NCBI GenBank assembly: GCA_035250975.1
Contig: DATFEP010000091.1
Span: forward strand, 1-29,783
Origin: Nitrososphaeraceae archaeon
GTDB taxonomy: Archaea; Thermoproteota; Nitrososphaeria; Nitrososphaerales; Nitrososphaeraceae
Direction of reading: 5' to 3'
DNA: 29,783 nucleotides
The notes under the pieces were generated by a model. That model did not search any database and was not told where the DNA came from. It saw nothing but the letters and a program-made list of their open reading frames with translations. A program made the position numbers and the translations under genes. Below are positions 8,889 through 17,676 of the stretch, piece by piece. The stretch's first letter is position 1, and each line of letters starts with the position of its first letter.

Positions 8889-9040
8889 TTCTTCTGTTTC
8901 TCCCAATAGAAATGCACTAGCTTCCAGATAACGTCTTCATAACTCTCTCCCTTCTTACCCAAATCCTTCAAGGCATTGCGTAAGTCCTCAGACACCTGAA
9001 TAGTTGATCGTTTTTCCAAATCTTGATTTTGTATTAACAT
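8885..9040 (-). CDS. RHH/CopG-like repressor (51 aa)
   Basis: Manual translation MLIQNQDLEKRSTIQVSEDLRNALKDLGKKGESYEDVIWKLVHFYWEKQKK, with TIQVS..L..L..GESYEDVI signature. Not in the ORF track. Confidence 0.82.
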   Translation of the reverse strand: MLIQNQDLEKRSTIQVSEDLRNALKDLGKKGESYEDVIWKLVHFYWEKQKK

Positions 9041-9087
9041 TGTATCTATTATATTTATGCTATACTATAAGTGTTATATAATCTATA

Positions 9088-9103
9088 TAACTATATATAG
9101 TTA
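9088..9103. promoter_or_regulatory. Perfect 16-bp palindrome TAACTATATATAGTTA between divergent RHH and SWIM genes
   Basis: Self-complementary; near the centre of the 109-bp divergent intergenic region, which also has TATA-like motifs. Confidence 0.55.
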
Positions 9104-9149
9104 CCCATAATAATTATATAAATGCATATAAGTAATAGAATATTACAAT

Positions 9150-9542
9150 ATGAAACAAAAAATAGAAGTTTCTAAACATATAGCTGAATCAAAAGAGAAG
9201 AACAGACGAGAAGGCCGGGGTAGAGTCCTGGCCCTCTCCAGACATGTATACCAACTGCGAGGAAAGGATACCTTTTATGTAGAATCCGAATCCTGCGACA
9301 ATAGATACTACTTCGTACGCTTTAACTCTTCCTTTGCTGGAGGGTTCTGCAGTTGCAAAGACTACGATTCTAACCGTTCCGACTTATGCAAACATCAACA
9401 TACCGTATTCTAAGGAATAAAGTACAATGCAATCCAGGAAGTTGATAAACTACCGGAAGAGGTACGCACTAAGAGCGAACCTGCAGAGGATAAACCTACT
9501 ATAGAATGCAAATGTTGGGAATATGACGAATATTCTTTTTAA
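9150..9542 (+). pseudogene. SWIM zinc-finger protein interrupted by one in-frame TAA (9411-9413)
   Basis: FYVES...YFV...CSCKDY...CKH SWIM motif; frame continues past the TAA as GIKYNAIQEVDKLPEE...WEYDEYSF-TAA (9542). Confidence 0.75.
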
Positions 9543-9566
9543 CTGGGGAGGAGATGATAAAAATGA

Positions 9567-9656
9567 GTGATAGAAGTCGGGCAATGTGTGAATTGTGGAC
9601 ATGAGTTCCTGCAGCATCCAGGCGGACAATGTTATCTTTGCGACTGCGTAAAATGA
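9567..9656 (+). CDS. Mini zinc-finger peptide (29 aa; 5' end possibly frameshifted)
   Basis: (GTG)IEVGQCVNCGHEFLQHPGGQCYLCDCVK; GGAGGAG at 9547-9553 precedes out-of-frame ATGs at 9554 and 9563. Confidence 0.5.
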   Translation: MIEVGQCVNCGHEFLQHPGGQCYLCDCVK

Positions 9657-9659
9657 GAA

Positions 9660-9860
9660 TTGAAGCAGCAGCAGCAGTATAAGCAGGAAATAAAAGACTT
9701 TCAGAAAATATATGAATCCCTAAATTTCTATTTTATAAAACTTGTATCAAAACAATCAGAAGATTTAAAATATCAAATGATACTCAAAGATTTAGGAGAC
9801 GTGAAAGACAGACTCTATGCAGTGAGACTGCAGATAGAGGAGTATTTCCAGAACCAATAA
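9660..9860 (+). CDS. Small helical/coiled-coil hypothetical protein
   Basis: 66-aa ORF, co-oriented and closely spaced after the Zn-finger ORF. Confidence 0.5.
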   Translation: MKQQQQYKQEIKDFQKIYESLNFYFIKLVSKQSEDLKYQMILKDLGDVKDRLYAVRLQIEEYFQNQ

Positions 9861-9914
9861 GGAAAGTAATAATTATTCATTTTTTTCCTAATCCAAATTT
9901 TCTTTTTCGTCTTT

Positions 9915-10061
9915 CTAATTTTCTATTTTCTCTTCTGTTCGTTCTTTGTTGTACTCCTGTTCTTCTTCTTTACTGTGTTGATAGTCGTCAAAATTGGGTT
10001 CCTCTGAAGTTTCTACCGGATAAAATTCCATGAACTCTTTAGCAGGCATATACATACCCAT
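9915..10061 (-). CDS. Acidic 48-aa ORF, possibly the detached tail of the integrase
   Basis: MGMYMPAKEFMEFYPVETSEEPNFDDY...; same frame as 10083..10400, separated only by the TGA. Confidence 0.3.
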   Translation of the reverse strand: MGMYMPAKEFMEFYPVETSEEPNFDDYQHSKEEEQEYNKERTEEKIEN

Positions 10062-10082
10062 CTTTTCAAAGTGATTGACAAG

Positions 10083-11155
10083 TCATTTCTTTTGATATTC
10101 CATCTTGGCCCCGTTGTACTTCTGCATTGACTCGATAATGAAGTCAACCTGTTCCTGTAGTCTTTGCATCTGGCTATCTCTCTCAATAATCTGTTTTTGT
10201 AGTTGGTAATCCTTGACTGATACTTCTTTCTTTAGTTCTGTATTTTCCTTTTGTAACCTGTTCGACTCGTCTATCGTTAACAAGTCAACGACTTTCATGT
10301 ATTCCTGCAGTAATACGTCATCCTCACTCCTGTCATAATTGTAGTCGAGTCCCTGGCCTACCTTATGTCCCATCAACTTTTCCTTTATTGTATGGTTCAC
10401 GTTTACATCCGGATTATTGCGGTATGTATTGACATCTTTCTAAAGACATGTACACACATCGTACGCTTTCTTATCCTTCCTGATTCGGCATGTTTTCCCG
10501 ACTTTATTACAGTCTTACTTTCAATATTGGCGTCATATCTCAGGCGTTCCAGCATTTTTTGAAGTACCTTTGAAGAGTAAAATCCCTTCATTTTCACTCC
10601 ATAAAGAGTTTGTTCTATGTCTGATAAACGGTAAATCGTCTGTAAGTTTTTCTCCTTCCTTTTCTGTACGATGTTTAAAATAAATGTCTATCATCGAAGC
10701 ACATTCAGAAGTACAAAATGTTACATAGTCGTCAAGTCCGCATGTTCAAGTAGTAATTTAATCTGTTCATCAGTATAGAGTTCGTCATCTACTACACGTC
10801 TGGGTTTACCCTTCAGTTTCGTTATTTGTTTCCAGTTGGGAATATGTTCTACACCATTTATTTCATAAAATAACTTTATTGCTGCAGTTGATAGTTTTAT
10901 ACTGGAATAGGAAACCTTATCCTTCCCTACTCTGTGACTGATATATTCCTTTATTGCGTGAAACTTCTCCTCATCCGAAATCTCCAATAACTGTTCATAT
11001 CTATCAAAATCACAGAAATTTAGGAAACCTTTCAAATGATATCCATACGTAACTTTGCTTTCATCGCTATGGATTGAATTCATAAAGTTCTCGTAAGGCG
11101 TATTTTTGGACTTGTAAGACGCTTTTTGCAACGCATTTTTATACGAAATCAGCAT
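10083..11155 (-). pseudogene. Tyrosine recombinase/integrase, fragmented
   Basis: Core-binding N-terminal part (10721..11155); out-of-frame segment DYVTFCTSECASMIDIYFKHR..EGEKLTDDLPFIR; HVFRK (HxxR) in 10403..10597; LMGH...LDYNY plus coiled-coil tail in 10083..10400. Box I with the first catalytic Arg appears deleted after HADL. Confidence 0.88.
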
Positions 11156-11173
11156 ATTAAAGGTACAACTTCG

Positions 11174-11187
11174 GTTCTAAAACGTAA
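11174..11187 (+). repeat. Right att-like direct repeat GTTCTAAAACGTAA
   Basis: Identical to 6097-6110; 18 nt separate it from the integrase ATG at 11155. Confidence 0.8.
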
Positions 11188-11394
11188 GTTTCACAAACAA
11201 CTTGACAATTATAGACATTTTAACAGTCATAAAAAAAGATAATAATAATAATGTATTGTAAAGAATAGTATGGAAGCTGTGGCGAAACATCATGAAAATA
11301 TTCTTCGTATGAAAAAAGTAGTTAACGATATGCCAGAGAAATGGAACAATCTTTTTTTTGAAAATCTTACAACTCACAACCTAATAAGTTATAA

Positions 11395-12423
11395 GTGAAT
11401 GATTTGGAACGAGATTCTAACCAGTTACTTTTAAGAGATAATTTTGACAGAATTGCTAGAAAACTGAGAATTTCTGTGACAGACAAGTGTAATATGAAAT
11501 GTATCTATTGTATGCCTCAACATAATGTTAAATGGTTCGAAGACAAAGAAATTCTCAGTTTTCAAGAAATTGTAAGAATCACATCAATTTTTGCAGATTT
11601 AGGTATCAATAAAATAAGAATAACTGGAGGAGAACCACTGCTTAGGCCATGCCTAGAAAATCTTATTACTGATCTAAAACAGATCAGCAAAATAAAAACT
11701 ATCAGTATGACAACAAATGGTATGCTATTAGAAGAAAAAATAGATCAATTGTCATCTGCTGGAATTACAAGCCTAAATATTAGTCTTGATACATTCAGTG
11801 AAGAGCGATTTAGAACACTTAACGGTATAGCTAATTTGAACCGGGTTATAAAAGGAATTCAAAAGGCTAGGGATTTAGGATTAAAAATAAAAATCAATAC
11901 AGTAGTAATACGAAATTGGAATGATGACGAAATAATAAATTTCGCAAAATTTGCAAGAGACTACAACGTACTTTTAAGGTTTATTGAATTTATGCCGCTT
12001 GATGGGACAGGTATTTGGAACAATGATCTGGTAGTAAGCAAGAACGAGATAATAAACAAAATTAGTTCCCATTTTATGGATATATTTCCTTTAAAGGATA
12101 GCAACTATCATTGTTCTGACCCCGAGACTATCTATAATTTCGCTGACGGTAAAGGACAAATCGGATTTATTTCTTCTATTACCGAGCCCTTTTGCAACAA
12201 TTGTGATAGGGTAAGATTAACATCTGATGGAAAATTTCTTACTTGTCTATTTGATCAAAAAGGATATGATTTAAAATCGTTGATACGTAGTGGTAAGACA
12301 GACAAAGATATAATGGATTATATATATATGTGTCAAAAAAAGAAACCAGAGGGAATAGTAGAATTAATTAGACTAAATGCACTTAAACCAACCTTAAACC
12401 TTATGCATACAATAGGAGGTTAA
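11395..12423 (+). CDS. moaA: GTP 3',8-cyclase (molybdenum cofactor biosynthesis, radical SAM)
   Basis: LRISVTDKCNMKCIYC, IRITGGEP, RFIEFMP, FCNNCDRVRLT...TCL, C-terminal IGG. Confidence 0.96.
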   Translation: MNDLERDSNQLLLRDNFDRIARKLRISVTDKCNMKCIYCMPQHNVKWFEDKEILSFQEIVRITSIFADLGINKIRITGGEPLLRPCLENLITDLKQISKIKTISMTTNGMLLEEKIDQLSSAGITSLNISLDTFSEERFRTLNGIANLNRVIKGIQKARDLGLKIKINTVVIRNWNDDEIINFAKFARDYNVLLRFIEFMPLDGTGIWNNDLVVSKNEIINKISSHFMDIFPLKDSNYHCSDPETIYNFADGKGQIGFISSITEPFCNNCDRVRLTSDGKFLTCLFDQKGYDLKSLIRSGKTDKDIMDYIYMCQKKKPEGIVELIRLNALKPTLNLMHTIGG

Positions 12424-12991
12424 CTCAAATCGATTCTAGCAAAAAAAATCTACATTTAACTATAAAATTGTATGAAGTTTAAGAGAACAAATAGCTTGCG
12501 ACGCTTTGGTTATTTATATAAACCTTACAATTTCATTACGACATCTGAAAAAAACAAAGTCTGATAAACAATGGATAAAAAATGTAAAAATTATTGAATA
12601 AATCAGACCCTTACAACAAAATGTTCAATGTATCAAACAAGATAGATATATTATGTCTACCACTGAACACGCCTTTATCAGGTAACTCCAGCTAATATTG
12701 TTCTTATAAAAAACGGGGGAAACCACCAAGGGAAATATAATAGAAGCTGCGGAAATATGATCTGTTCTATGTACTAAGTCTGAGGTCTTCTTTTAGGTTA
12801 AAATTCACAAATCATAGTTGTGCAAAAAAGAACTATAACCGGTTATTTTTATCATCCTTGTAGATTTTATATTCATATATTTAGCATCTTTTTATAATGA
12901 AATTTAAATTTCCTGAAATTTGTCAGTCATTTTTAATATTATATTCTTGTATTAGCAATTCTTAATAATAATTACAATTATTTTATAATTT

Positions 12992-13339
12992 ATGAAAATG
13001 GTAGAAGAAGGATTCTTATTTACAAAATTAAGTTTTGTTACCACATTTATTATATTTACATTTTTGATAAATTCTATTTCCGAAGCATTTGGTTTAATTC
13101 AAGATAATGTTAGTCTAATGATGCCAGGACATAATATGACATTTGGTTCGTCACTTGATAATGCTAAGATGCATTTGATGGAAGCAGTTATGGATTTAGA
13201 GGAAGGAAATATCAATGGGGCACTAATACAATTAAACTTGACACAGGATGGAATCAAAATGCATGAAAAGCAGATGATGGATATGATGAACATGATAAGA
13301 ACAATGGAAAAGGTGGGTATCATGAATTTTACTAAGTAG
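12992..13339 (+). CDS. Exported Met/His-rich helical protein
   Basis: Signal-like N-terminus; AKMHLMEAVMDL...GALIQLNL helical hairpin; 16 Met in 115 aa. Confidence 0.75.
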   Translation: MKMVEEGFLFTKLSFVTTFIIFTFLINSISEAFGLIQDNVSLMMPGHNMTFGSSLDNAKMHLMEAVMDLEEGNINGALIQLNLTQDGIKMHEKQMMDMMNMIRTMEKVGIMNFTK

Positions 13340-13458
13340 ATTATTCTATACTGATAATATGCTTCAATATAATTTTTTGAAAAACCACATTTAATTTAAA
13401 ACTTACCAAAAACTTAAAGTATGATAAACCTTAAATCATGTAGGTCTAATATAATTAC

Positions 13459-15099
13459 GTGACCCATCGGCCGAATTACATTGCATTTTTATTTCTTGCA
13501 GGAATCGTTTCAGGAGTAGCTTCCATTGCAATATCTCTTCTGATAAAGGAGTTTGGTAATGGTCTGTTTCTTCCAGAGCTTGCATCACAAGCATTATTTT
13601 CTTTAACCCCTGGGGAATTTGAATCCGAGGCAATAGAGACCTTAGGTCCTCTTGCTAAATATTCTACATTTATAGGAGCAATAATCATAAATATCTTAAT
13701 TTATGGACTCTCTGGAATATTTCTTGGTAGAATATTTATTAAATCTGGTATTACTGGATATTTTAAGAAAGTAGTATTATCGTCATCAATATTGTATATA
13801 TTATTAGTGTCAATTGCAATCTTGTTAGTAACAACAATTCAAGCTAGAAGTGGTATTCAAACAATTCCTTTTTATGTGATTATCCTCTCTCTTATACCAT
13901 CACAAATAGTATTTGGACTGCTTTTTTCATCCTTTACGAAAAAAGTCGTACCAGTACAAAAAGAACATCTTACGACCACTGTCATAGATGATAGGGCTGG
14001 ACTATACTATGGAAGAGGTGAATTTATCCGTCTTATCATCGCATCTATTATTTCTTTACCTGTTATTTTTTTCGGACTAAATCGTTTATTTTCAATACAA
14101 GAAGATAAGGAACTAACTAAAAATTTACCTAATCTGATACCCAAATCCATATCAATTCCACAAGAATTCAAAGACCCAAAACTTGCATCTCTTCTTGCCT
14201 CAGAAGTCACGCCAACCTACTTATTTTATCGTATAGATATAAATCCAGTTATTCCAGAAGTTAATGTCGCTAATTGGAATCTTAAGATAAATGGATTAGT
14301 GGATAATCCAATATCGTTAAGTTATGAAGAGATAAAGGCAATGCCGTCAATTGAAGAATATGTTACCTTAGAATGTATAAGTAACAAGATAGGCGGAGAT
14401 CTTATTGGTACTGCATTATGGAAAGGAGTACGTCTCAAGGACATTCTTGAGAAAGCAATAGTTAATTCGAATGTACAATATATAGTATTCCGATGTTCTG
14501 ATGGTTATGATGTAGGAATACCTCTAGCTAAGGGACTAATGGATGAAACGATATTAGCCTATGAAATGAATACTGCTCCTCTAACCTCCAAACATGGGTT
14601 CCCACTAAGAGCTATCGTACCTGGGCTTTACGGGATGATGAATCCAAAGTGGATAACTGAGATAGAGTTGGTCAGTGGTGTATATGAAGGATATTGGCAA
14701 AGAAATGGATGGACTAATTTAGCAAACTATCAAACTGGCTCGTCAATCGTAATTCCGGGACGAGCTCCGATACACCAGAGATTTAGAGGATTGGATGAAA
14801 TTTCTAACAATTCAATTAATAATGGAGTACCTATTGCGGGAATAGCTTTTGGAGGTGATCGAGGAATTTCCAAGGTTGAGGTAAGTACAGATGGTGGTTC
14901 TACATGGAAGACTGCTCAAATAAAGGATCCACTTTCAACATATACTTGGGTGCTTTGGACAGCTGGATATGTTCCTCCTGATGTGAAAAATTACAAAATT
15001 ATAGTGCGAGCCACGGACCAAACTGGAAAAGTTCAAACTTCTGAGTTAACGAAACCATTTCCAAACGGAGCTACTGGATATCACACAGTTACAGTATAA
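13459..15099 (+). CDS. Membrane-anchored sulfite oxidase-family molybdopterin oxidoreductase
   Basis: About 5 N-terminal TM helices; FYRID, TLECISN (Mo-ligating Cys), HGFPLRAIVPGLYGMMNPKW, GYWQ, and VEVSTDGG/VRATD Ig-like dimer domain. Confidence 0.92.
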   Translation: MTHRPNYIAFLFLAGIVSGVASIAISLLIKEFGNGLFLPELASQALFSLTPGEFESEAIETLGPLAKYSTFIGAIIINILIYGLSGIFLGRIFIKSGITGYFKKVVLSSSILYILLVSIAILLVTTIQARSGIQTIPFYVIILSLIPSQIVFGLLFSSFTKKVVPVQKEHLTTTVIDDRAGLYYGRGEFIRLIIASIISLPVIFFGLNRLFSIQEDKELTKNLPNLIPKSISIPQEFKDPKLASLLASEVTPTYLFYRIDINPVIPEVNVANWNLKINGLVDNPISLSYEEIKAMPSIEEYVTLECISNKIGGDLIGTALWKGVRLKDILEKAIVNSNVQYIVFRCSDGYDVGIPLAKGLMDETILAYEMNTAPLTSKHGFPLRAIVPGLYGMMNPKWITEIELVSGVYEGYWQRNGWTNLANYQTGSSIVIPGRAPIHQRFRGLDEISNNSINNGVPIAGIAFGGDRGISKVEVSTDGGSTWKTAQIKDPLSTYTWVLWTAGYVPPDVKNYKIIVRATDQTGKVQTSELTKPFPNGATGYHTVTV

Positions 15100-15320
15100 G
15101 AAATTACTTTCAAGTTCCTATGGAAATACAAAAATAAAAAAAAGACAAAACTTTTCAATCAAATCATGCTTATTGCATTTATGAAATATCACCACTTTGG
15201 ATATGTTCCTCATTCTGTAGAATTAAATAACTAATGACAATGATTTATAAATAAATTTAATAATCAAATTGTAATTTTATAATTGATCATTTATGATGTT
15301 GCTCGGTTAAAAAATTTAGG

Positions 15321-16013
15321 TTAACACTTGTCAATCAATTTATTTATAGGCTTGAATCCAATCAATAATGCAAATTCCAACCATCTCCAGTAACAATCAA
15401 CGTCCACAAATCCAATTTCCAGAAGCCATCGTATTTGAATATCTATTTTAGTCAATCTTTTTTCATGTTCTTTATTTACCGGTTTTCTTGCCATTATTTT
15501 TCTAAAATATTTACTTAATCTTATTGAGTTTGATGAAATATGATCAAGATTACAAAAAAAACCTCCTGGCTTAATGGAAAATATCTCAAAATACAACTCT
15601 TTTTTGCGTTTATGTGTTAAATGATGTAGGGCAAAACTTGATATTATTGCATCAAACTTCCCTAAGGTTGACGGAAGCTCATAACTTAAATCATGTTCAA
15701 CTATTTTGACTAAAGGATCGGATAAAAATTGCCTTTTTAGTTCAATTAACATATGGGGAGAAAAATCTAATGCTATATATTCTATTTTTGGTAGTTTCTC
15801 TTTTAACAATTTTATCAATCTTCCATTTCCTGACCCTAGATCAAGAACTCTTTTGGTTTTTTTAGATATAAACTCGCATAATACAGATTCACCCTCTGTC
15901 CTATGTGGGATTTGTTCTACTCTATTCAGATAATCTTTAACTCTTCTGGAAGTTAACCATTTACTATGATCGTCTATTACCAGCGTGTTGTTTTTCTTTA
16001 CTTTTTTTCTCAA
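15321..16013 (-). CDS. Class I SAM-dependent methyltransferase
   Basis: VLDLGSGNG, LDFSPHM, FDAIISSFALHHL, KPGG. Confidence 0.9.
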   Translation of the reverse strand: MRKKVKKNNTLVIDDHSKWLTSRRVKDYLNRVEQIPHRTEGESVLCEFISKKTKRVLDLGSGNGRLIKLLKEKLPKIEYIALDFSPHMLIELKRQFLSDPLVKIVEHDLSYELPSTLGKFDAIISSFALHHLTHKRKKELYFEIFSIKPGGFFCNLDHISSNSIRLSKYFRKIMARKPVNKEHEKRLTKIDIQIRWLLEIGFVDVDCYWRWLEFALLIGFKPINKLIDKC

Positions 16014-16648
16014 ATAATCTTAAAAGAGAATAAATATTATAAGTAATTTTCGAGTATCTTTAATACAATCGTTCAAAATAGTTCAAATATATTAAAAATG
16101 ACAAACTAGATTTGTTTTTTTTGCTATTGCAAATAATATATATTTTTAATAACTAAGTTTACTATAGCTAAATTCACTGATACTCTTTTTTCATCTTATT
16201 TGATTGAAATAAGATAACATGACTATACAAAATAGAGTAATATTATATTGTTAAAAGTTTGTAGGTAACAAAGTAAATAATTTTTCATATTCACAATGTG
16301 TATTTATTGTCATTTATAGAATTATTTCTTCACCTCTTTATAAGGTCTTTTGTGTTATATTCTATGTTTTAGAAATATCATAGCCAAAACAAAATGAAGC
16401 AGCTATTGATTTCCTTACGACAACTATTATAATTTTGTTACCAGCTTTAAAAATTCAGATAAAAATGTAAAATAATTTTGTTTAATTTATTTAATTACTT
16501 TTCTGATAATCAAATTATAATGCAAAATGAAAAAATAATACAAATAAAACAACTAGGCGAAATATATGGATATGAAGAAAATATTGAAATCTTAATTAAA
16601 ATATTGAAATATGATAAAAAAACTCGATTTGTAAATTAATTGATATGT

Positions 16649-16672
16649 AAATTAATTAATTAATTAATTAAT
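16649..16672. repeat. (AATT/TTAA)n simple repeat
   Basis: AAATTAATTAATTAATTAATTAAT. Confidence 0.7.
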
Positions 16673-17676
16673 CATGGCTCATAGAATAGAATAATATCTT
16701 CATAGATATTCTAAAAGTTACAATGCTACTTCAGAGGATTAATAGAAAGAATGTTTGGTATGGAGGAAAAAAGTATATCATAAGCTATATTGTGGAATTA
16801 GATTTAAGAAAGCGGATTCAGATTTAAGAAACAACATTCAGAAAAGATTTGTATTAATCATAAATATAGAATGTAACTCGTGCGTTCAAAACATAGTGCA
16901 ACATGGAAAAAGTCTAGAAATAAAAATGACATCATATGTTAGATCAAATTATCCGACAACCGTACATATGTAATAAATTAGTTATAATGTTTATTTTTAT
17001 TGAAACGGTTGTCTGTTGGAAAATATGAACCACTTTATTCTAACACAATTTAGCGGATTGGAGTTATAACTGAACAGTCAATGAGTGGAAATTAAATATA
17101 TCTTAAATGTGAAATAAAATGAATTTGTTTTATTAATAGAATGATAATGGACCATGTTTAGATAAGGAAATAGATTTAGCTATCAATTTAAAATAATTGT
17201 ATAGTATGAAATTTCGTAGATTCATAAAATTCAGCTTACATTTTCATAGTTAGATCTATCTTTAAAAAACTTGATTTACAGTTTAATGACTATGTAAAAA
17301 TGCAAATTTTAAATTCAGAAAATTTAAAAATAAATAGACTGGTATAAATCGATATCAGATCAATTAAACTTGATTTGGCTTTATGAAAAAATTCACATAG
17401 ACTAACTTGTTTATATAAACTACATTTAGATAATCCCAAGATGCTGGACGAAATATAAAAGTTAATTTCAAATAATAAATTATGGGCTGAAGAAATCAAA
17501 GTGCTACGAACTATTAATTCTATAGTTTAATGGAAAAAGTATGTTTAAGTTATTTTGTGCATGCAGTATGACCAGTTAACGTTATATGATATTAAATCTG
17601 CCGATAATTAAATTATTTGTGCCATTTTTGTAACTAAAGCATCTTATATAGCATTCAAATATTTACACAATAAATT

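Larger units (their letters stand above)
6097..11187. mobile_element. Decayed integrated element (cryptic plasmid/provirus-like, ~5.1 kb) with tyrosine integrase
   Basis: Flanking 14-bp direct repeats; integrase pseudogene next to the right repeat; dense small ORFs (RHH-like, SWIM, Zn fingers); looks more GC-rich than the flanks by eye. Confidence 0.85.

Noticed and set aside
6233-9040. Type II toxin-antitoxin interpretation of the RHH genes
   Set aside because: No PIN, RelE or HicA-like toxin ORF is recognisable next to any copy.
10365-11377. ORFs 10365..10562(+) and 11177..11377(-)
   Set aside because: The first is antisense to the integrase; the second is low-complexity and runs across the att repeat.
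13099-15933. Short ORFs at 13099, 13436, 13476, 14007 and 15706
   Set aside because: Antisense shadows of well-supported genes.
16755-17499. ORFs 16755..16973 and 17290..17499
   Set aside because: TTG starts, no motifs, composition typical of random AT-rich ORFs.
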